Assembly (NCBI GenBank): GCA_008632985.1
Contig: QPGO01000068.1
Location: forward strand, 310,001-374,000
From: Psammoneis japonica
Taxonomy: Eukaryota
Direction: 5' to 3'
Length of the DNA: 64,000 bases
Made by a program: the position numbers and the translations under genes
Shown here: positions 1 to 11,455 of the stretch, piece after piece
How positions within the stretch are numbered: position 1 is the first letter of the stretch
Layout: every line of letters starts with the position of its first letter
The notes under the pieces: generated by a model
Told to the model about the DNA's origin: nothing
The model's database searches: none
The model's input: the letters and a program-made list of their open reading frames with translations, nothing else

Positions 1-149
1 GCCACTCTCAATGTCCAAGTGACCCTGGCCATGGGATTTGTGCTTGTGGCTGACCTTGCCACAGCACTTGCCACAGAGGCCATTGTCCAACCACTCTCCA
101 CATCAGTGACAGTGAAGAAAATGGGCTTTGCTGTCTTGGCATCAGGTGG

Positions 150-800
150 AAGGTTGTTCTTTGTGAACTCAGGAAGCAAAAAGGCCTGGGACAGGCAGAC
201 ACATTCAAGCAGATGAGCTGACACAGATGAAGAACATCTTGAGGCAATGGCAGGCATGAGATTTTTCAACAGCACAGATCCAGGCTCTTGTGGGTTGTAG
301 ACAATTGTTCAATCTTGGGTGGGAGCATTTCCAGCAATGGACAGAAGCTGGCATCAAGCTTGCAGAGACTGTGCATCTTGCCAATCTCAGGCAGATGTCT
401 TGCGAGTTTCGTGCAGCTGACAAGACAGAGATCTGCAAGACCAGCCAAGCTGCCAATGCCAGGTGACAACATCTCAAGCAAACCACAACAGCTCACATTG
501 AGAGTGCAAAGCTGCTTGAGCATTCCAGTCTCATTGGGGACCATTGTGAGCAACTTAGAAACAAAGGGCACAGCTTCTTGAGAGCTTTGCATGCACAGAT
601 CTCAGAAGGCATGGACTTGAGCTGTTTTCAATCAAAAAGACCAAGGCAACAAAGCACCATGAGATGCTTCATGTCCAGCATCAAGGCTGTGATGTCCGCA
701 TGTGAGAAATCAAGCAAAACAATCCTGCCTTGCTCATTGATGCTGCACAGGCTTGGCCCACAAGGCAAGAGCAAGTGCGGTGCTTGGCACATCAAACAAG
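150..800 (-). pseudogene. Degenerate leucine-rich repeat (LxxLxLxxCxxLxxLPxxIG-type) gene
   Basis: Minus-strand frames give MVPNETGMLKQLCTLNVSCCGLLEMLSPGIGSLAGLADLCLVSCTKLARHLPEIGKMHSLCKLDASFCPLLEMLPPKIEQL, plus flanking RIVLLDFSHADITAL and MPQDVLHLCQLICLNVSAC. Broken by stops and frameshifts; TpA-depleted. Confidence 0.7.
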
Positions 801-1607
801 GCTTGTGTGGAGCACTGGTGCACCCATGTGTGACAGGATGAAAGGGACAACAAAGTTGTGTTGATGACAACAGCACACAGCTCAATGAACAAACATTTGT
901 GGGAGCAACGCTGCACTCATTTTGCACTGACAACTCAATGCTCAAGTTGCAGTGTGACGCAATGACAAGTGCACGCATTGTGGACAACAACAAAGTGCAT
1001 TCATTTTGCATGTTAAAGACACAACTCCGCCACTGCACACTGTGCCAAAGTGGAAACAGTGCATGCTGGCATGCACTTTGAGCAGCAGTGTGATCTGAGT
1101 TGCCCCACCAATTTTCATGCCCCCAAATGCCATTGGCGGTTTGTGGAACCCGTGCATCCAAGAGGAGGCAATGAGCCTGCCAACACAAGCCTTGACCTCC
1201 CCATTTTAGGGCCCCACCCACTGCCAAGCCTGGAGCTGCAGCTGCGCCAGCACAAAGCATCTCAAACAATGAAGATGACAGGGTTGAAGGGCAGGAGGAA
1301 AGGGTCAAAAAGGACCAGATGCCTGCATGCATGAATGGGATGCACAAAAAAGGCTCATGAGGCATGCAAGTTTCATCATGTGCTCACAGCGTTGTCTTCT
1401 TTGGACTGCGCGCATGGCAAGGCTGGCTGTCTGACAAATGCCAACATCACAAGTGCAAACCAAGGCTTTGTGACATCATTTTGTTCTTGCAATGCATGCT
1501 TTTAAGAAAATGAGATGGATGAAAAATTGCACACTGTCACCACGAAGCAACCAAGACCACAAGAAGGACATCTGGCACAGAAAAAATTCATCTCAGCATT
1601 CACAACA

Positions 1608-2735
1608 ATGACTTGCCAACTTGCTGACATGCCAACATGCTGACTTGCTGACATGCCAACACACCAACTTGCCAACAGCAATGTCGACATGCCGACACGC
1701 TGACTCACCAACACGCCAATGTGCTGACTTGCCAACTCACCAACACGCTGACATGCTGACATGCCGACTTGCTGACTCACCAACTTGCTGACTGACTGAC
1801 ACACTGACTGGCCAACTCGCCAACATGAAGACCCACTGACTTGCCGACAGGCCGACTTGCCGACATGCCGACTCACGGACTCACCCACATGCCAACATGC
1901 CGACATGCCAACACCCTGACATGCCGACTTGCTGACTCACCAACTTGCCAACTGACTGACACACTGACTGGCCAACATGCCGACATGCCAACCCACTGAC
2001 TTGCCAACAGGCCAACATGCCGACATGCCAACCCACTGACTTGCCAACAGGCCGACTTGCCAACATGCCAACTCGCGGACTTGCCGACATGCCGACATGC
2101 TGACATGCCAACTTGCTGACTCACGAACTTGCTGACTGACTGACACACCGACTGGACAACATGCCAACATGAAGACCCACTGACTTGCTGACATGCCAAC
2201 TCGTGGACTTGCCGACTTGTGGACTTGCCGACATGCCGACATGCTGACATGCCGACTTGCTGATTCACTGACTTGCTGACTGACTGACACACCAACTGGC
2301 CAACACGCCGACATGCCAACCCACTGACTTGCCAACAGGCCAACTTGCCAACATGCCGACTCACGGACTCGCCAACATGCCAACATGCCGACACGCTGAC
2401 ATGCCGACTCACTGACTTGCCAGCTGACTGACACACCGACTGGCCAACACACCAACATGCCAACCCACTGACTTGCCGACATGCCAACTCACAGACTTGC
2501 CGACATGCTGACACGCCAACATGCTGACATGCGGACTTGCTGACTCACCAACTTGCCGACTGACTGACACACCGACTGGCCGACACACAGACATGCCGAC
2601 CCACCGACTTGTTGACAGGCCGACTTGCCGACATGCCGACATGCTGACTCGCGGACTTGCCAACCCGCCGACACACCGACATGCCAACACTCCAACTCAC
2701 TGACATGCCCACATGCCGACACTCCCACACGCCAA
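1608..2735. repeat. Tandem satellite of 8-bp GCCGAC(A/T)(C/T)-like units with higher-order structure
   Basis: Units such as gccgacat, gccaacat, gctgactt. The landmark (a/g)ctgactgac recurs at 1791, 1951, 2135, 2279, 2423 and 2559; spacings of 160, 184, 144, 144 and 136 are all multiples of 8. Confidence 0.9.
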
Positions 2736-3049
2736 CGGCAATGTTGAGGAAGTGGGGTCTGCAGAGAAGGAGCTCCAAAGCAACAATTTAAGAAAAAAAG
2801 ACTTCAAAATTAAGACAAGTGACAAAAGTGAGAGCAACTTCATTGGACATGGCAAAGCAGTCACCACACCCAGGCATCAGCAGCACAAGAGTGCGTGTCT
2901 CAGTGTGCACGCCAGTGGCAAAATGAGTGCAGCACGCATGGTGATTGAGAAGATGCAGCATTCTCAACCCATTTGTTTTGAAGAAGAAAGCTCCTCTGAG
3001 CAACAAGATGACAAGGCTGCTGAAAAGTGATTGGGCTCTCTGGTTTGGG

Positions 3050-3925
3050 GATGGACTGGGGTCAGGTGGGCTGCAGCACCAGCTTGATCCTCTCCAACAA
3101 CATGGCAAGAGCAGCAACTCTCTCCATGAACCAACTCATTGGAAAGGAAGAAGCACCACCAGTTCATTGTGGCCCACAGCAGCATCTCAAGTCATGCACA
3201 TTTGTCATGTGACTGACTCCAACTGGCTCCAAATGCCAGTGGTCAGTGGACATTTTTGCTGGGTCTGCAGTGCCACACACCACATTGCTTGCAGGACATT
3301 GGTTGCCCATGGCCCAGCAGTGCATGGAGCATTGGGGCATCAATTGCAAGAAGCCCCACAAGGACCCCACATTGCCCGCGCATCTCCATTTGGGCAACTT
3401 GAACAAGATGAGACCCCACCCAGACCCCTTGAGCTGGCTCTCTTGCTCAATTGCTTGCTTTCTCAGATGCTGCCTGTGGCAATGATCTTTGAAGCCATCG
3501 CTCAACTGCTGGACATGCCTGCATCATTTTGGCTCATGCTGCCATCTCTGCTGTCATTGCAAGATGCAATCTGTGGCTGCAACAAGCTTGACTGAGGCTG
3601 AGTTTTGTGCTGCTGGCAACACTGCCAAATGGGCTCTGAGCCTTTGATCCACAGCTCAGGGAACTTGGTTTTTTTGAGCTGGTCTTGCCCTCCTGCACAT
3701 TGACAGCAAGTTGGCTGTCAAGATTGTTGATGATCGTGCCCCAACCAAATGCTCATGCCACATTGACACTCAGTGGTCTGCTCTCTGATGGGGCTGGAAG
3801 GTCACAAAACACACTGTTGCTGGGCATGTTTCTGGCATCATTGACCCAAGTGATGACCTCACCAAGGCTGTTGGGTCAATGCTGCATGCCCATCATGCCC
3901 GTCAGACATGACGGAGCATTGCCAC
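3050..3925 (+). mobile_element. Ty1/copia (CoDi-like) RT/RNase H remnant
   Basis: Plus-strand translation gives CKMQSVAATSLTEAEFCAAGNTAK and LHIDSKLAVKIVDDRAPTKCSCHIDTQ...HVSGIIDPSDDLTKAVGSMLHAHHAR. This is colinear with the RNase H end of the copia pol at 56761-57150. The 5' boundary is approximate. Confidence 0.8.
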
Positions 3926-5199
3926 TGATGCTTCTGTGCTGCCCCATTTTGTGGCATCTGTGGAACAGCCTTTTTGCATGTTTCATCTGACTCTCTCCAG
4001 AGTCACCTGGTTTGGTCTGCATCCCTGTTGGTTGATTGTCACCTTTTCCTTTGTCGCATCTGTGACCCACAAAAAAAATGTCTCTGTCAGATGTGCTGGA
4101 TCAGAAGAGGGCATCAGCTGACCAGGCATGCTGTGTGCAGTTGCACCATTTGCAGATGAGATCTCTCTTAGATCTGTTTCTCACTCTTTCTTGCTGGCAC
4201 ATGTGGCAACAGCAGCAAATTGGAAGAATGGGCTGGAGTCATTGAGGAACAAGGAGGAAGAAATGCTCTTTGTGTGGTCACTTCACATCATGGGTGCAAC
4301 ACCAGTCAGACCTTTCTGCCATGCATTTCAAAGACAATCCTGTTTGAAAGCAAACAAATGTTGTTTTGATGGAATGTGCCAGTTTGATGTTGTCGACAAA
4401 ACTGTCTGGCAAGTTGCATGCACTTCATTCTTTTTTAACAAACTTGTGAACAATGCACCAGCACAAAAGTGATTCCACACAAGAGGTGCGCCATCAGCAA
4501 ACATTTGTGCCAACCAACAATTGCACAATCTGAGGAATTGGCAGAGCAAGACCATTCTGAGGAATTGGCAGAGCAAGGCCAGTTTTAGAAACAGGAACAC
4601 TGGTTGAGCGCAAAGCCTGAGGACATTGCTGGACATCACATGAAGTGGCACAAAATGCAATCACTGAAGAGTTGGGCTCAAGAGAAAATCTTGGACCAAT
4701 GCCTGGAGAGGCACTTGTCATTGACACCCACATGCCCCAGTCTTCACACACAGCTTTGGGAGGAACAACTTTGTGCCTTCCAATGTTGCAAACAACATGC
4801 TCCATTTTGTTGGAATTGGAGATGCCATGGAAGCAAGCCGTTGGTCTTGAGATGATGTAAATCCCAAACTGTGCCAGCTTGGGATGGTTGGATGAGTGAA
4901 GCTCACCTGGGTGTGAACAGAGAAGTGCTTTGCACAAGTGAGAAATTGAAGAGAAGGGCTGCAGTGGCTTGGAGACTCCAGCAACCAAAAGGGGACTCCT
5001 CGGCAAAATGCAAAAATCACCACAATGTCTGGCAGCTGCAGTGAACAAACTGGTTGCATTTGCTCAAAGGACAAGTGAAGAACCAACTGAAGAGCAGAAC
5101 AACCACACAGTGCAGAAGACAAAATCTTGCATGGCTGCCACTGAGAGAAAACATTTGGCCAGAGCTTCTTGGGAAAGACAAGCCAGAGCTGGGAGGTGC

Positions 5200-5640
5200 C
5201 CCAGTGGCAGGCAGATCTGTGACAACAAGCATGACAGAAGTTGGCCCATCCATTGATGGAGTTGCAAACAGCAAAACACTGGGAGATGCACTCACTCTTG
5301 GATCTTCTGAAGGAGTTGATGATGCAGCTGTTGAAGGCAAGAGGGATGGCACATGACCAGGTTCAGATGACAGAGTTGAAGATGGTGCAGTCACAGGAGC
5401 TGCACTTGGCACTGTGGTTGTCGGCCCATTGGTGGGTGGATTTGTGGGAGGTGGAACAGTGACAAAAGTCAGCAATGGAGAGGGTGCTGGAGCAAGAGTG
5501 ACTTGAGGAGGGGCAGTTGTTGGCGGCAGAGCAAGAGGGGCTGGAGCAGTCACAGTTTCAAAAAATTCACAGAAATCATGCATGAAATCGAAATTGCTTG
5601 CAATGGCTCCTCTTTTAAAATGTTGGCAAAGCACCCAGGA
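5200..5640 (-). pseudogene. Remnant of a Pro/Thr/Ser-rich (mucin-like stalk) surface-protein gene
   Basis: ORF 5017..5634 contains PPTTAPPQVT...PPPTNPPTNGPTTTVPSAAPVTAPSSTLSSEPGHVPS, typical of diatom extracellular proteins. It lies in the TpA-depleted block and has no intact gene model. Confidence 0.5.
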
Positions 5641-6249
5641 CAGGGAAACCTGCTGCCCACATTGGGGCAGCCAAGGGACACAGCTTCTTCTGAGAAAGCC
5701 CTGTCATTGCTGGAAAACTTGCAGAAAAGATCTGCTTGTGACTTGAAATTCAAGACCACTCACACCACACAAATTTCTGCAAATCCATTCCTGACAAGTC
5801 ACAAACCTGTCATCAAGTGCAAAAGTTGCACCAGCATGACAGAAATTGCACACAATGTTCAAGTTGCCATTGTTCATTTCATTCTGAATGCATCAAAATC
5901 ACAACAAAAGCTTCCACTGACATTGGGACAAGCAAGAGCATGGACTTTATCCAAAGCACCTGGGTTGTCATTGATGTCAAACTGGTGTGCATTGCCAAGA
6001 GTTCCAGCATGAAAGTTGAGTCCACACACACACACACACACCACAAACACCTTGGCAATTGGTTTCTTTGGTGACTGCACCAGGGTGCACAACTCTGCAA
6101 ACAAATGAACAACTCAAAGATTGGCACTTTTTGCACTGCCAAATGGCTTTGATGTCACCCAAAATTCACCCAACTGGCATGGATTGACCACATGAATCAT
6201 GAACAGCAAAGTTGAAAGTGTCCCACCCCACAGCACAAACATCAAATGT

Positions 6250-8900
6250 CATTGTTGGCACTCTGAAGCCAGCCCAGCATGAGTTCGCGTTCATGGCATT
6301 GTTGCTCCACTTGCAGTCATTGGTGAGATTGGTGGGCTGCTTCTACGTTGTTCAGCCAGGCTCAGAGGTGTTCCAGGGGGCTGCACAACAGCTCCTCTTG
6401 GGTTCCCTCAAATGACCTCCTGTTGAATTGTGGAAGTTGTTGAGGGCCCAGAGTAAACTCACCTTGAACCTGATCACAAATGGCTTTGGTTTGTGCTTCT
6501 GACAGCATCACATTAGCCGGGTGGACTGTGCCATTGTGGTGTTCCCATTGATCCCATGAAATGTTGCAGACCTTGACACAATGAGTGATCTCACCCACCT
6601 TTGTCCTTGTTTCCCAGAGTTGCCCATTGGCAGCAGGCATGCTGTGCAAATTTCCAATCAAGTGAAAGGCAGCCTTCAATAAATCTGCCCCATCCCATCC
6701 AATCTTGGGAGTCTGCAGCACACTGAACCAGCTCATCTCATGCTTGGATGTGCTGCATTGGGGTGCCATCTTTCCACATTCCCCAAGTCTCTGCAGGATG
6801 ATCTTCACAATTTCTGGGTTGGTCCCTGTCTTGCACAGTCATTTTCAGAGTGTGTCTGGGGATTTGTGCCATTTTTCCGCCACACTCTCTGCCTGGCACT
6901 GCAACACATGGGTCAAGTCTTCCATTGGGAAGAGGCACTGGGGACAAGACTGCACCAGGGATTTGCTCCACAAGCACAGCATTTTGTCAGCCCCACACAA
7001 CCCAGATGTGTGCTTTGCTGCCCATCATGATCTTCTGGATGGCTTTAGATCTGATGTTGCTTTTGCTTGGGAATGGTCAGTGAAGAGAAATGACCCTTGT
7101 CCACCCACTGCTGTGAGAGTTTTCTGCTGTTGATGGCATGGGGCAGAGTGCATCCATTGCATTGCATGTGACTTTCCTGTTCCCAATCCAAAGTGCCCAC
7201 ATCTCTCCTTTTGCTCTTTGTTTGGTCAGGATGCCTGGGGCATTGGCCATTTGCTCTTCGGCCATGAGATCCATGTTGACATAAATCCAGAGGGGCAATC
7301 CAAGTCCTCATGAGCAACATGGTCATCTAGATGCCCTTTGACATTGACCGTGGACCATTTGGCCGGCAACTTTCTCATCCATGAGTGAGCCGCCAACAAT
7401 GCATCACACTGTTTGTGGTTTGCAGTGAGTTCACAGTCAAGGTTGTTGGAGTTCTTCAGGGCCTGATTGCTGTTGCAGCCAATGGAGATGCATCCCTGGG
7501 TTGCACCTCGGAGTTCACAGACTGCACAAATCAACACTGCAGCAGCAAGTTGTCCCACAATCTCAGCCAGCTCAGCATGTGTTCATGTCAGAAGGGTTGC
7601 CTCTTGCTGCATTCAATCCCTTGATTTTGTGTGTGTCATGGATGCCCCATGTTGTCCATGCTGATGCTCCCATGCCATTCAAGTGTGACCCATCAGATGC
7701 AGCTGTGGCTGTCCCTTCAGAAATTGCCTGAGCACAATTGATTTGCTGTTGTCATCATTTTTGAAATCTTCTGCCAACCACTTGACATCTGGATCAAGCC
7801 TGTTGATGGCCTGTTGGAGGTTCTGTGGAGGGCAAGCTTCTGTGAGCTCTGCTTCCTGTGAGAGATGCCTGTTGAAACCACTGCAGTGTCATTTCCCTAG
7901 ATCTTGGTTCTTGTGAGGTTCTCTGGGGTTTTGTCAGTTCCCCCCTCAAAGGCGACAGCATCGGGTGCTGATGGCTCTGGCAGGATGACCCAGGACAGGG
8001 GTGCAGCATTTCCATGTGCCATCTGGGAGGCGTTCACAGACCTGTTGCACTGATGCCAACAGGAAGCATGGCCATTTGCTCAACAAGTTGTCTGTCCACT
8101 TCCTCAAGGGGTTGTGGATGATGGAGTTTTGTGGGTCAACTGTGGTTTCCAAAGCTTCTCTCTGCCATCTCTGGTCATCCTGTGAAGGATTCCCTTGCAC
8201 CGGCCAATTGAAATCCATGTGGTGAGGGTCATGAGTTGGCAGTTGTCCACTCCAGTGGTTTTTCAGGACTCTTCTTCCATTGCCTGTGATGACATCAGAT
8301 GATGCACTCACCCACAGGAACAACTAACACAGGTTCACTTGGGCCAATTTTTCCCCTTTGAATCCCACTCTGTGTGGAACACTTTGATGAGAAATTTGTT
8401 GTTTTCCCAGTGCAGGAGAAGGGTGGGCATGTTTGCTTCCATCTTGATGCTGTTCTGACACAGGAACTTTCACATGTCCTTGATCCAAGAGCAAGTTGCC
8501 AGGCAATGAAATTTGCCACAGTTGTTGTCAAAAAATTTGTCTGGGCATCCCAAGCTCCAATTGATGCTGTTGAAGGTTAGCCTTGACCAGATCCCCTGCA
8601 GTCATCCCAGGCTGAGAATGTTTTGTGACTGTGCTGGGCTGGGAAGCAGCTTTGGCAGTGAAAAGGTTGTTTGTCCCAAGGAAGCTCTTGGCATGTGGGT
8701 GGCCCTCAGACCATGTCCCTGGTCATGTTCCTGCAAATTCCAGCCCCGGCCATTGTGAACTTGGCCTGGTTTTCTGAGATCATGAGTGCTGGAAGTGGGT
8801 GCTCCAGGGTCTTTGTTGCAGTGGCAGTTGGGTTGAGCCACATGTCTTGGCAGTTTGGGTGACACCTGTCCTCACTTTTTCTGACCATGCTTGAGCTGCT
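6250..8900 (-). mobile_element. Degenerate non-LTR retrotransposon (post-RT region plus RNase H domain)
   Basis: Contains KTLEHPLPALMISE...AGICRNMTRDMV (8706..8912), AISEGTATAASDGSH (about 7680-7735), and ISIGCNSNQAL...VNVKGHLDD (7226..7558). These match LINE RNase H motifs (AVSDGS, GCDN, HVKGHQDD). Many stops and frameshifts; ends approximate. Confidence 0.8.
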
Positions 8901-9949
8901 GTTTGGAGGCATTTAACCTCTGTTCTGTCATTTCTGTCTGCTGCCAGCCTGACCCCAAGTGCCCATTCAGCCTTGTCAACTCAACCCCTGTCATTTGCGT
9001 GGGTTGCCTTTGCTGTTTAAGTCCTTGATGGCAAACTCACAGTTGATCTCATCTTCCTTCATGTTGCTCCAGTTGCCTTGCTTCCGTTTGTCAAACCCCA
9101 CCAAACAACACATTGGCTCTTTTCTGGGACTGTTCCTCCACCCGGCACACAACTCTGCAAGTTTGCAGGTGGCAACGGCATTCATCTTGTCCAATGTCCT
9201 TCTCATCTGTTTTTGAAATGAACTTGATGTGACCTGGAGCCATTTCTCAGGAGCAACAAATCACATCATTGCTGGCATCATGTTCAGAGTCAACATCCAC
9301 TGCAATTGTGGGATCAACAACATGGCCTCCAGTTGCAAAGCCTCCCACTGGATGAGTTGGTGGGTCATTGTTTTGCCTCTTGCAATTGCTGCGACTGATT
9401 TCCAAGGCCTCAATTCCTTGGTGGAGTCTGCTGTGCTGCCAACAGCTCCTGGGGCAAAGGCAGCAATGCCAAGTGCCAGAGTGCACAAAACAAGAACATG
9501 GTTGAGTTCCTTGTTGTTCCTTTTTGTGTCAAACAACAAGGCCTCATGGGGCAAAGGTGGCATTGCCAAGTGCCAGAGTGCACAAAGCAAGAACATGGTT
9601 GAGTTCTTCATCATTCTTTTTTGTGTCAAACAAGTGCCATGCCACCCCCCACTTCTTTGTGCCAAACAAGTTGAGGTGTCACATTGTGCCCTGCGGTTTC
9701 TCAGAGAAATGTGCAACCTCAATCATGGACAGTGTTGACCTTGAAAGGCTGTGGCTGTTTTGTCCCCAGAGAGAGCTCACGACTTGGGTGACAACATTGC
9801 AGCACTCTGTTGGATGAATGAACAACTCATGCACTGAGCTGCTGGCTCTCATCTGAGTGGAATGTAGAAAGTCCAATGTGGAGCTCAGTGGTGAGAGAGC
9901 TCCTGCTGCCTCAATGTTTTGGTCACAAAAGGGTGCCACAGATGTGCAG

Positions 9950-10010
9950 CAACCCAACAACAACAACAAGAACAACAACAACAACAAGAACAACAACAAC
10001 AACAACAACA
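9950..10010. repeat. (CAA)n microsatellite, imperfect
   Basis: Directly visible in the sequence. Confidence 0.95.
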
Positions 10011-10902
10011 TGACAAATGGTGGTCCTGAAATGTCCAACTGTTTTGTGTCCATCCTTCCATCAAATGTCCTGTGATGGCCCAATTTGCAGGGCCACCCAC
10101 AGTTCCAACAGCGAGGAAGCAGGAGGCACCACCTGCTGATGTCTTGCTTGATGAGAGCCAGCACATGCCTGATGAATCATGTTGCAACAAAGAACACTTC
10201 TCAGTCAACAACAGTCTGTGGGTGTTCAAAAATTGTTTGCCAGCAGTGCTGCTGCAGGTGCAATTTGCTGGGTCATCCAGCCCCATCTCATTGTCACAAG
10301 ATGAAGAGTGGACACTGCCAAGCTTGCAATCTGCTCAGCGGCAGTGCCACAGAGCAGTGCACCCAAGCAAGCCCCATCCGATGTCAACACGCTTTGTGAC
10401 AAGCTGTGAGCTTTCAACTGCTTTTCCTCTGATGCACAAAACAGCTGCACAAACTGAAATGATTCTTTTCAAATCCCACCCACGCAAAGCCAAAAAGCCT
10501 TGCAGCAGATCCTTTTCAAACAGTTTCCAAGGCCTCAATTCCTTGGCAGCGTCTGCTGCACTGCCAACAGCTGGGGCAAAGGCAGCATTTCCAAATGCGG
10601 TTCCTCATCAATCTTTTTTGCATCAAACAAGTGCCGTGCTGCATGCCCCCCCCCCACTTCTTTGTGCCAAACAAGTTGAAGCGTCACACTGTGCCCCACA
10701 TCAGGCAACCCCAATCGTGGGTGGTGTGTGGTGTCAACCTTGACTGGCTGTGGCTGCCCAATTTCCAGAGAGAGCTTGCTCAGGTGACAACATTGCAAAA
10801 TTCTGTTGGGTGAATGAAAAACCCATGCACTGAGCTGCCAGATCTCCAAAAGGAATCTAGAAAGTCCAAGGCGGCATTCAATGGTGAGAGAGCTGCTGCC
10901 TT

Positions 10903-10924
10903 GACAACAACAACAACAACAATG

Positions 10925-10978
<54 letters not shown>
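10903..10978. repeat. (CAA)n microsatellite
   Basis: Directly visible; paralogue of the 9950-10010 tract. Confidence 0.95.
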
Positions 10979-11455
10979 TGATGAATGGTGGTTCTGAAAC
11001 ATCCAATTGTCAAGTGTCCATCCTTCCATCAAATGTCCTGCGAAATCCCAATTCGCATGGCCACCCACAGTTTCAACGGTGAGGCGGCAGGAGGTGCCAC
11101 CTGCTGATGTCTTGCTTGATGAGAACCAGTGCGTGATGAATCATGTTACAACACGCAGCACACGTCCCGATCAACGACAGTTTGTGGTTGTTCGAAAACT
11201 GTTGGCCAGCAATGCTGCTACAGGTGCAATTGTAGTGTCATCCAGTCCCATCTTATTATCACAAGATGAAGAATAGATGTTACTAAACTTGCTATCTACT
11301 CAATGATACAGCTACAGAGCAGTGCTCAAGTAAGCCTCATCCAATGGCAACACGCACTATAGCGAGCTTTCAACCACTTTTTCTCTAATATACAAAACAA
11401 CTACACAAACTAAAATGATTCTGTTCAAATCCCACCCGTGCAAAACCGAAAAGCC

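Noticed and set aside
1502..2778. SACRHVG-type repetitive ORFs, and a possible CRISPR-like array
   Set aside because: These are translations of an 8-bp satellite. There are no unique spacers or cas genes, and the context is eukaryotic.
4529..4577. Two copies of tctgaggaattggcagagcaag 27 bp apart
   Set aside because: A simple local slippage duplication in decayed DNA.
10535..11068. Poly-Cys / poly-Val / poly-Asn ORFs
   Set aside because: Translations of (CAA)n microsatellites.
1..11276. Dozens of 60-245 aa Cys/His-rich ORFs in all six frames (also at 32-39 kb and 55-63 kb)
   Set aside because: They are by-products of TAA/TAG loss in TpA-free DNA. They overlap, almost lack Tyr, and the recognisable motifs are frameshifted remnants.
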